From Trichosphaerium sp. ATCC 40318 (lineage: Eukaryota; Protista; Tubulinea): a DNA stretch of 64,000 nt. Position 1 is the first letter of the stretch, and the number at the start of each line of letters is the position of its first letter. Positions 38,973-50,400 of this stretch are shown here, piece by piece. The notes under the pieces are model-generated. The model saw only the letters and a list, made by a program, of their open reading frames with translations. It did not search any database and was not told where the DNA came from. The stretch spans positions 620,001-684,000 of the forward strand of contig JALMLS010000577.1 of assembly GCA_038496445.1 (NCBI GenBank), written 5' to 3'. Both the position numbers and the translations under genes were made by a program.

Positions 38973-41001
38973 TTAAAACTTTTCGCTGAAATACTTGTCA
39001 TGAGGATGAGACTTAGTTTTGCAACTTGAAAGAGCCCTTATTTGATGTACCTCATAGCGTGAAAGCGATTTAGGATATTTATGGTGTAGTAGCTCTACAT
39101 ATACAAGTACAACAGTTGGAAACTAAGTATTAATTTTTTTCTTTTGTCCTGACAAGAGATGAAATGGCGGCACTATACCTCTGTTGTTCGCCATCTAAAA
39201 ACAAATTTAATTTGTTTTTTCGAGAAAGTGATGTTGTACTTGAAGATGCCGAACTAATTCACCAAAGTTAGAATGCCACGTGCCAACAAACATATCACAT
39301 TCTCCGGCCAACAAAAGAGATGCAAATGTTTGAAAGGTACTTTCAATATTTTCGATATCACCTGTTGTATGTCCATCTTTGGTACTTTAGCTGCAGTAAC
39401 CATATATTCTGGGTAAGTGCGTACCTGGTAGCATATATTTAGGATCCATATACATCCAATCCCATTCAGGAAAATATTTTGTTTGCTGGGCAATCAGTTT
39501 TGAAGCCTTTTCTTATGTTAGGTTTTGTTTGTATGCATGGTGGTTATGCGTACTGTCAATAAGTATATGCTTTTTGCTCCATATAGTTTTCTAAATGTGT
39601 TGGCAAACACCATGTAGTCTACAACTCATTATGTACGTGGTTCTCCAAAAAACTCAACTCTTCAGCAAATACCTTTTAAATCAAACAGTTTTCTACCTTT
39701 CTCATGTCTTGAGTCACCTCTGCGCACATGTATTGCAATGATTGGGTGTTTACGTTCAAAATTAAACCTGTGCTTTTCTTGTTGAATAATCTTTGATACT
39801 ATGGGACCAGGACGAAGAATATACTGAAGTATCACACCAGTGAGTCTAATGACAACTTTAACTTATGTTCAAAAAGTAAGTTACTGTGTACCTCATGTGC
39901 TGTCCATACTCGTCCCAGTTAAAATCAGGAAAGTTCTAGGAGCTGTTAGTGGTAAAGGTAAAGAGCGTGAAAAGGGTGAAAGCCACTTACATATTTCTTG
40001 TGAAGAAAGAACCGCTGTGCGTTTGTATAGTTTCTTGGGTGCATTTTACTATTTCTTCCGTTCCACGTTTGAAATACTCTCATCATATTTTCTTTTGGCT
40101 TTATCTAATTACGTCATTAATATCTATCCTTTTTGATATCTACTTACTCGGTCTATGTCCCAGAGATCAGTGCTATTACATACAAGTGGATTGACCAACG
40201 GTTTAAAATAGCAATCATATCTTCTTGTTTGACAAAATGTAGCATTGTAGTACTGCACAGATAATAATGTTAGTACCATACACTACAGCATTTGACTTAC
40301 ATCCCAACTTCTTCCTAAAGATCCAAGAACAACAGTATAGTTGAGCTGTAATCCAAGTAGTATTGCTTGTGTAATATAATTTGACCCACATCCAAATCCA
40401 CACATTCTAAAGAACAAGACATGTAAGACCTTGCAACTATAATATTGCATGCGCGCTTGGAGGATAATAAAGCAAATATTTGTTTTCTCCGCAACCTCGA
40501 CTTTGAAGATCATAAACCTTTCTACAACAAAACTTGTAAGCTATAATTATCGTTGATATTTCATTGCTAAACTTCATACTTTTTCATGTCATCATACAGT
40601 GTATTAGCTTCAGCTACATTAACACATCGTGGAAGTCTGTAGTTTATTGACAGCTTTTTTCCTGGAGCTGATTCTTCGCTATATACGGAAACAAAAGGCA
40701 AGGAAGTATCGCAATATTGTTTTCTGGAAGTCGATTCAAAATCACGTGCTAATTTCGGTTCCTTAAATTTGGATACAACGTTATCTCCTCTAGATGGCGA
40801 GATTTCGTTCGAAATTAGTATGTTACTCCTCTTGGGAACGAAACAAAGCAGTACAGCACTTATGAATGCTAATACAAGCAACAATGTTGTACCACGCTTA
40901 GTACGTGTTCTTTGCTTAGCAGCTGTGAAGGATTAAAAACCTGTTTATACCTTTATCGATTTAAATTACGTTATAGCCGTACAAGGTCTCCTTTTTCTCA
41001 T
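38973..41001 (-). CDS. Type II membrane alpha-1,6-fucosyltransferase-like protein (GT23/FUT8-like)
   Basis: N-terminal anchor LLLVLAFISAVLLCFV; GT23 donor-binding motif HPIIAIHVRRGD; QYILRPGP. Some 3' exon boundaries were not resolved. Confidence 0.7.
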
Positions 41002-41819
41002 GTAACCAACCCAAACCTAACAACAGTCTAGGTTGTTGTGATGCTTTAATGTCGTGTACTTAGAAACAATAAAACACACTTAACTACAACACGTACCTAT
41101 TCTTGTAGCAGGTGTTGATTTATCCAATACAAAATTGTTGGATGGTATAATACGTGCAAGTGTACGGATATGTGAAAGGCGAAAGATAGCTCAATTGTTC
41201 TTACTTTATTCGCTATTCATTCTCAACAATGGTATTTTCTGATCTCCGTACCAGTTTGAACGCAAAGTACAGTGCCTTCATTTTCTCATAATTATTAACT
41301 AATTGTTTTAACACTTGATTAGCGACTGAAAAACAATTGGTATAGTAAAATATTGATATTAGAACCTTGGTGGAATACTTTTTGCCCTAAGTGAATGAGT
41401 AACCTTGTTAGAGCCATGGGTACCCAATTTTTCTACTTCAATACCCCTGAGCTCGTCTTTTGCTTGCATACCATCAATGTTAACAATGCCAAACATTTCC
41501 AAGGTTGCATTGGCAGTCACTACATTAGTTATCAGTATTCTCCTAAATTATACGTGCTTGTAAACGTTTCAGAAAACATCTAGAATCATCTGGGAAACTA
41601 GAAATAAGGACATGCCACTCGCTTTGGCATTGACTACCACCAGCAAATGGAACATACAAAAAACCACCTGATTTAAATGAGAAAAACTTGTTCCAGCTAT
41701 CAGATTGTAAAGGAACTACAAGAGAGTGCGTTCGACAACTGCTAACTTCCAAGAAATTGCAGAAAAAAGAAGAAATCAGTGCAGCTCCGCTGTTTATTAC
41801 TATTTAAACAATACAAACA

Positions 41820-43209
41820 CTATTCAAAGCTAAGGTGTTCGGATACCATTGCTTCAGTTACATCCCACAATTGCTTCGCTAGGTCAGAATCTTCAGCACG
41901 TGCAATCGGTGTTTTTTCCTTGCAATCTATTAATTGACTTGATAAGAATGTAACAACGTACCTTTGAGTTACTATAGTATCTACCCGGAGTACTTTCAAG
42001 GGCAGGATTCAAAGCACAGTACATAGTGGTAGCAGCGCCCTGTATAGAGCACATTTAACAATGAACGAAAAACAACTGAAAGTGACAAATGTGATAGAAA
42101 AGCAAATGAACATGCGCTAGATAGTTAACATACCTGTGCAGGTGATTTGGCGTTTGCTATTACCGATATAGCGGGAGCAAATGCATTCAAAAACTTTTGA
42201 TGCCTACCAAGGTTTGTCTTCACAATACCAGGGTGAACGCAATGAACAGTTACTTCTGATCCCTTATCACTGAGTTTTCTTTGAAGCTCTTTTCCAAACA
42301 GAATATTGGCTAGTTTGCTCGCTGAGTAAGCATCCCATGTGGAATAACTTCTCTTCTCCCAATTCAAGTCAGTCACAACGAGATGTTTACCACCATCTAG
42401 TATTTCAGTCAGGCGGTCACAAGAAATCGGTGGCAACGTCATTGCAAGAAAAAAAATAAGTGTACTTCGATTATGAACAACAGAAGAAAGAACAATGACA
42501 CGTGATTTATCTCCTTTCTCTAAAAGGTCTAGTAATCTTGTTGCAAAAGCATAATGGCCAATGTGATTAATGCCAATCTGTTTCTCGAATCCTTCATCTG
42601 TTTTTCCAAAAGGACAAGCCATAATACCTACAAAATAGTACTGTTAGTGACATAAAAACAAGAATTGAAAGACTGTGGTTAAGCAAGTACCTGCGTTGAG
42701 CACAAGAAAGTCTATTTTCTTTTCTTTCTCATGAATCTCTTTGATTGAGGATTTAACAGAAACAAGAGAACCCAAATCAAGCTACAATACTCTTGTAAGC
42801 TTTTTAATGAATATGGGTAAAATTGTTAAAATTATTGTCAAAGCATAATAAATGAGTGTTTGACGCACTGGAAGGAATACCAAAAGGTTTTCCGCAATAC
42901 CTTCTGCCACAAGCTTTGCTTTTGCTTTTTCTGCTCTATCTTTGCTTCTACATGCCATGTATGTTTTAGCACCACATCCAGCAAACACACGAGCCGTTTC
43001 ATAACCAATTCCAACATTGGCACCTGTTGAGGTTTTTTATCTTTAGTCACGTGATTGTGGACAGTTTTTTGGTCATTGAACATACCTGTGACAACCGCTA
43101 CTTTGCCTTTAAGGTTAGAATTGTATAATCGTGCCACATCTTCGCCAGTTGACTTGGAAGTTAAAGTAGTATTCTGTTGCTTGTATTTCTTACACTGTTC
43201 GTTGCCCAT
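41820..43209 (-). CDS. Short-chain dehydrogenase/reductase, retinol dehydrogenase/WWOX-like (copy A)
   Basis: TGANVGIG, LNAGIM, GFEKQIGINHIGH, YSASKLAN (YxxxK), VHPG. Confidence 0.92.
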
Positions 43210-43730
43210 TTTTAGCTACTATAGTTGCTTTGTCTGTAGTGTTTTTAGTTTATCTTATTGCAAGATTTTGTAGTCGTACACCGGTGTATGTTTTACCCGG
43301 TACGACTTCTATTGAATCGGGAAAATTTTATGTCCATTTGCGGAAAAAAAATGTCGTAACCTGTTTGCTTACCAGTGTGTACTTGTATTCATAAGAATGT
43401 TGTTACAACGTGGACGCTACCTAAGTACTTTATCAGCTCATTTGCGTTAAGATATGGAGTTTCTAGGGGAGCGGACAATTAAGCGGAAAACCATGTGAAT
43501 CCTTCTATTAACACCCAAGATAGCAAAATACCCGAAAGTATCAAACCTTCAATCTTGGCTAGCAAAAAAAAACACGTGGTTATCTCTTAACCGCCTTTAA
43601 AGTACATAATCTTCATTGGCTACACTTTATCTCAAAAAAATTGTATGCATCAAGCAAGTTATCAGACTCGGTAGAAACAAAAAACTTGGCCACTGAGATT
43701 GTGGGTAAAAGGAATATTTTAGTTTATTGT

Positions 43731-46700
43731 TTAGCGAACAAGTGCTGTGTGTCCATCAAGGCAGGAGTTGTTTGTGTACTCACTGTTAGGTCTTCCTTGG
43801 AATTTGCATCTTCTTATTTTATATACATAGGCATCGTTTTCACTTGCTCTGCTCCTTGTGATCTGGACAGTATGAGCGTGTCCGTTTCTTGTTTCAGTGT
43901 TAACATATACAATGGCGTCAGGGTTATCTATCCATCGTTGGAAGTTTGTCTTGCCAATAAATAGATCGTGGTCGTGTCCTCCGCCATTGAGATTAAGTGT
44001 GAATCCTGATGTGATGTCACCAAACAAACCATCGGGATCGTTTTCATAGTCTTTTCCAAATAGCATGATATCTTCAAGAGCTTCGAGTTCCTTCCATACA
44101 GTGCTACCACTATCATGGATTGGAGGGATAGGATAGCGTTGTCTGGAAAATAAATGGATCAGTAAGATAACAAATAGGGCTTTCGCTTAAACGCACCTAA
44201 CTTGACCAACACCTCCGCCAATTTCTGGGAACACAACCCAGTGCCCGCTGGCTTCAACATGCTTAGGAACTCCATTTCTATTTAACACACATACACCTCC
44301 TGCTTTAGATGTATCTGCTGGGTCTGGGTCCGCCGCTGTAGCAGCAAAGAAAGATGCTGGCGTTTGGTAGAATACATTTCTTTTCAATCCATTATAGGCT
44401 TTGTCTGGTTGAGTACATCCTGCACCAGTAGCTCCTGCACCGTTTCTTCCATTTGCAGTTGGAATAGGGGAATTATCGCCATGGTATTGTAAGTTGTAAG
44501 GGTTCCATTTGGTGAGCGGTGTCAAGTACACAATTTCTATCAGAGAGTATAAGCGAACAGTTTTGCTGTTTAGAGAACTGTACCTAATGGTATGGCATAT
44601 GTCCACCTTTGACTACGTATTTTAGTGTTTCCGTTGACTGTACAATCTGGTTCATTTGCAGTGCAAGATTTGTCATTTACGCTGAGTGCTACTACCTGTA
44701 AGCATGAGTTAGTACATTACTTGTAATCTATAAAAGTTGTTACCTTTTCTTGGGTTGTTCTTGCTGTCCATAAAAATTGATCTTTGAAACCTCTACGTCT
44801 ATTGTTTACACCCATGGCATCTTTTTCTTTGATCTTGTAGTATCGAGAATAGTATGCAGAGTTAAGATTTGCATTTATGTTGTTAAACTTTGTAGCTTGT
44901 CCGCCTTCAAACTTATCTGGAAGAAAAGCACCGAAGTTATCTTTACCAGGTACTTTCTATTGTACAGTTAGATTTTAAAGTATTCAAGCAGGTATCAAAG
45001 TACCTCCATCAACAGATCCATGTAGCTACGGGCAGTGGAACCTATAGAAAAATGTCAGAATTATTGTAAAATATACCATGAACGAATGACATGTATACCT
45101 TCGTTGAATGGTATTTTTTGGCCAACAACTGTCGGATTTCTCACGTTGTTATTGCCTTGAATAGCAGGGTTAAGTTCAAATCTTGCTATTCTGGAGAGTT
45201 CAAGTTCAGATAGCTTATTTGGACTTCTGTAGAGTTGTTTGTGTAAATCTCTTGCAATACGGAATTTTGATGTTGGAACATCATGATCAATAGGCGCAAC
45301 GAGTATCCTGTATTCAAAGTTTGCAATCTCGGGGAAAGTGTCATTTATGAGGTTACGAACGCTCGCTGAAGAAAAAGTGAGAAATAAGAAGGAACAGAAC
45401 AAAACGTAAAGTCTTTAAAAGCTGTTGTACCTGGAAGGTATGGAACGTTTTCTAAGTTATTTTTTCTTCCAGAGTTAAATAAATATCTTGTTTTGTCATG
45501 AAGATCACGCCAATTTGCAGCATCAATAAAGTGACGATCAGACGAGAAAGGTTCATCAAGATTACCATTATCAGTGATCCAAGCTCCTTCCAAGTAAGTC
45601 AGAACAGGTCTAAAGTAAGGTCTGTAATCACGAACAGACCAATCCTAATCACGTGATAAGTAAGATATTTGATTCTGAGGATGTCGTACCTGGTCTTTCC
45701 ATGCTTTAAACCACTTTTGCATCTCAGTAACTTGCGCTGCGACTGAATTCTTTGCTAACACCTCTGGTGGTACATCTGGGAAAGTTACAGTCCGTGTGCA
45801 ATGGTACGCCTTGTTGTTGGTACATGCTTGAGATAGAGAATAATCGTTATGGCGGGTTTGAAATTCAACACCTATTTTAAGGGTTAGAGCGGGACAAACC
45901 TCAATTTACTTTAGTACTTACCATTAAGAACAGCTTGGATTTCTCCCATACCAATCGTACGTTGGTTGTTGGCGTGATTGTGAATGTTCATTATTGAGCC
46001 ACCACCGAAAGTTGAATCGTGGTAGGATTTAAGACCCATTGAGTATCCTCTTGTTAGAGTCAATCCTGAGTCACCTTCTGATCTCACACGTTGTTCTTGA
46101 TTTACTTGCTGAAGAATCAGGGATTGGGAGAGAGCAGCGATAACACTGTTGAGCTTTTCAAGTTCTTTGACACGGTTTCTCAGGTTGTTAAATTGATTGT
46201 CTGTAACTGCTTTCTTCGCGCTCAACAAGGAACGCTTAGAGCCTGACAATGAGGACTCAGCGTTTCCATTGTTTGAAAGAGAGTTTGCAACAAGAACAGA
46301 AGCGATTGAAACTAAACTGCATAAAGCAATTATAGCCAAAGCAGAGACGATAATACCACTCCAATTTCGCGACTGTGATCCTAAAATACTGTACGTTAGC
46401 AAAATACTTGTACAGAGAAAAAAAATCACGTGTACATAACAGAATAAAACACGTGAGAAAAAAGAGCAAAAGATAATAATAAGTTGATTTGAAGCCATAG
46501 ACACCAACGTACCACCAAGAAGCGGAACAGAAAGATTCATCGTCGCACTCTTACTGAGACTGCAGTCACCGACTAGAATAGAGTCTCCGAGGTATCTACC
46601 ACGGTATTCAAGCCTTTGGCTAGCGACATCGAAACCTAGAAAGAGGTTCAGAATAAGTATTCTGTAAAAGGGTTTTTAAATGGTTATAGGCGTCATACCT

Positions 46701-46853
46701 TCTCTAGCGCTGATTCGTGACTTTAAACTGAGGATAGACTCTACATACCTATTTTAGTATTCTGATACGATAAGTTTGGTACGTACCTTCCGGTGTAACT
46801 TGAAAGGCCATTGTATTACCTTTCAGGCCTTTTATAAAGACCTGAGTTGCCAT
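43731..46853 (-). CDS. Ubiquitin-like domain (ending LLGG) + signal anchor + coiled coil + large extracellular domain of an uncharacterised family
   Basis: Exons 46853-46787, 46740-46699 and 46635-46513 encode a 78-aa UBL spliced to SQSRNWSGIIVSALAIIALC. Downstream motifs: EQRVRSEGDSGL, IHNHAN..RTIGMGEIQAVLNGVEFQTRHNDY, FPDVPPEV, RDYRPYFRPVLTYLEGAW, EPFSSDRHFIDA. Confidence 0.8.
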
Positions 46854-47188
46854 TTGTTGCTGTTTAGGTAGTGATTGTTTATGATTGGTGATATCGCCAC
46901 GCTCAGTTCAAATGTGAGTGTGGCTTTATTTTTAAAACGTGTACACTTGCGCACAGTACTTCGCTATGTGCGGCTGGTTTAGTCCTTTGTAATGTATATT
47001 CAAGAATTGGGTTTTAATCTTGGTACTAGCGGGTACACATTCCGAATTTTCTTAGCTAAACAAACAGACAAGCGTCTTACACTCTACAGTTACATGACAA
47101 TATATACGTTTGTTACTCCGGCTGTATTGCGTAAACATCCTGCATGTGTCGCTATAACTAGCGGCGCTAGACATATGTACCCAAGTTT

Positions 47189-47281
47189 TGTAACAGTGGT
47201 CAAACCAAGTAAAATAAATAAAATCACGTGGACTTACAATTTGACGACTTGTTATCTTTATCCCTAACTGACCCTTTAACA
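47189..47281 (+). repeat. 5' LTR (93 bp)
   Basis: tgtaacagtgg...ccctttaaca, identical to 53209-53301; contains AATAAA and CACGTG. Confidence 0.95.
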
Positions 47282-47282
47282 T

Positions 47283-47300
47283 TGGCGACACGACTGAGAT
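47283..47300 (+). promoter_or_regulatory. Primer-binding site (complementary to a tRNA 3' end ...GUCGCCA, possibly tRNA-Ser)
   Basis: TGGCGACACGACTGAGAT starts 1 nt after the LTR's terminal CA. The tRNA identity is inferred from the G discriminator only. Confidence 0.8.
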
Positions 47301-47407
47301 TTAAACCGGCACGCTAAAAAGGAAATTATACACTACAAAAACGAAAATATTTTTCTCAAAACTGAGAAGAAACACGAAAAAACACGGAGACACGCAGAAC
47401 AGACGCT

Positions 47408-50400
47408 ATGGCGGAATTAAAGCATGACTATCACAAATATATCCCTTACCTTAAGAAACAACAAAATGGTGATTGGATTGGCGAGTGGAAAGGAAAGAAG
47501 AGTATTGGCGATGCGAAGATTGGATACGCAAAGAAACAACTAAAATTTTCTGGTTCGCTCAAAGACCTTCCTTATTTCCTAAACGAAGTCAAAAGGATAG
47601 CTGTAGACGCACAACTAAGCAAAACAGCGTATACAATCTTTCTTCAAAGCAACTTACCCTCCATGGCTGCTGATGAGCTTGAAGATGTTGAAAACACACC
47701 CACTGCATATGTTAAACATCTCTGTGACCAAACCTTGACTCCAGAAAGACTACGAACCCTCAACAAGAGTTTTAATCGAGCAGAGATGGCAAGGAACGAA
47801 GAAGTAAAAGCGTGGCTCAAAAGAGTCATTATCTACGGCAAAATATTGGAGAAGACACCTTTCGAATTGGCGATGAAATTTCGGGAAGGATTACCAAAAT
47901 ATTTGGATCGCGCTATCAGATTCGCCACGCAGAGCAAGACGGCCCAGGAGCTCCAGAAGTACACTGCTTACGACTATGCGAAGATAGCCATCGAGAACAG
48001 CAACCTGGAAGACATAGACGATGTAGACTCGGCTCTCCTTAATGCTTTGGACTACAAACAGAAGGATTTCGATTCACGAAAACGAACTGGAGAAAGAAAT
48101 GATTGGTACCCCAACAAGAGACCCAGACAATATGCAGGACACCAACAGCTTAATTATGGACCAGAAAACGCGATATACTCTCAAAGCGGTGACTTCAAGT
48201 ATTGGTATGAGCCCAAGACCAATATCAGGTGTGTCCTCAATCTTGAGAATGGTTTCATTAGAAGATACATCGAGGGAACAGAAATTTGTGGCTACTGCCA
48301 TAAACCAGGACACATTGCCGCCAAATGCTGGCACAGGCCTTCTCAACCTTACCAACACAAAGGTAAAGGTAAAGGATACAGGAACCGAGGAAGAGGACGA
48401 GGTAGAGGATACTACAATCAAAATCAATATAACAACAGGACCAACAAAAGAAAAAATTACCCAAGACCAAAAGCTAGAGGATACCAACCTACTCCCACCT
48501 ACCCGCCTCCAAGGAACTATCACCCGGACCAACAGGAACAACAGGAACCAGGACCAAAACCTACCAACAACAACTCTTACCCTCCGCCAGAGTTAAATGT
48601 ACTGGACCAAAAACAGGACCAAGTCAATGAAAATGATATTGACTTAAATAAAATTGTTTTCAACTACTCTGTTCCTTTGAGTAAGACCAGGACCCAATAC
48701 CAGGACCTACAGGACCCATCCCAGGACCCAAACAGGCCCTCTTCTTTACTAACCAATAGCTCAGGACCTACGGACACCAACACATGGGAATGTCTTGTCA
48801 TCAATCAAGTAGACAAAAATAATCGAAAAAACTCAAACTTTGTTACTTTTTGTGGTGAAGAATTTAACTTTATTAATGAAGACCAGGCGCCTAACAAACC
48901 TGAGATAAGTTACAGTATACTCAAGGCATCTTGTGTGATAGGGAACAACAAACTGGAGACTGTCTTTGATACTGGTGCTTCTGTTTCTTTGGTGGACCTA
49001 AACGTTGTCAGAAATCTTAAGAAAATAAGTGAAGTTAAAAGAGAATATACCAGACCTTTATACACAGCGGACAACAAGATCATCAAGGTATATGGCACTA
49101 TTGTTCTTCCTGTTAAAGTTGGTGGTGTCACAATCTATCAAAGGATGTTAGTTATCAAGGACTTCAAGTTTGATGTACTATTGGGAATGGATTATATGAA
49201 CAAAAGTAAATGTGATATCAGTATGTCGAAGAAACAGATTATTGTTCAAGGAGGATTTCCTATACCTATACATACAATTAACAGAAGATACAAGAGCGAC
49301 AACCTTCATGTTTTTACTTCAAATGACATAAAGCTATCGCCTTATGCTCAAACAGAGTTTAATGCTATAGTACCTCATGCTTATAATGGAATATCAGGAT
49401 ATGTCGATGGACATAAACAACTTATTGCTGAAGGAGTCTATGTTATTCATGAGTTGGTTAAACCTATAAAGAGAAGTGTTAGAGTGATGATTTTTAATGG
49501 GACTAATAGACGGATTACATTACCTAAAGGTTATGACCTAGGTACCTTTGAACTCAAAGACCCTGAGGACACTATACATTCGCTGGAAGACAACAAGGAA
49601 GAAGCACTAAAAGAAATTAACAAAATGTTTACTAAGAAAAGGACCGATGAAGAGATAAAGGAAATCTACAGGTTATTCAGGTTAGCAGATAAGAAGCTTT
49701 CAGACAAGCAGAAGATGATGGTAGCTATTCTTCATCATGAATACAAGGACCAGTTTAGTGAGAAACTCGTACCAGGACCAACTATTACAGGACTAAAACA
49801 TGCAATTAATACTGAAGAAGGAAAAGGACCTATAGCTTTGGCTTACCGTTATATGACACCTATGAAAGCTAAGCTCATAAGACAGGAAGTAGAAAAGCTG
49901 CTGGAACAAGGGATCATCCGGGAATCTAACTCTCCTTGGGCCTCGCAAGTGGTGTTAGTACAAAAGAAAGATGGAAAATGGAGATTTTGTCTGGACTTCA
50001 GGGAACTAAATAAGATTACTAAGAAGGCTGTTCACCCTATACCACGGATCAATGAGATGCTGGACGCTACTGCATACGCTAAGTTCTTCTCTACCTATGA
50101 CCTTACAAGTAGTTACTTTCAAGTGGAGAATGAAGAAAGGGACATAGAAAAAACTGCTTTTTCAACAATTGATGGACACTTTGAATTTGTAAGAATGCCG
50201 ATGGGACTCAAAAATGCTATGGCCACCTTTCAAAAGATGATGAACCTTACCATGAGTGGTCTTCTTTGGAAACTGTGTATGTGTTATGTCGATGATGTTA
50301 TTATATTCTCCAGGAGCTTTACAGAACACCTCATACACACAAAATTAGTATTGGACAGGGTAAAAGAAAAAGGACTAAAACTAAAGGCAAGTAAATCAAA

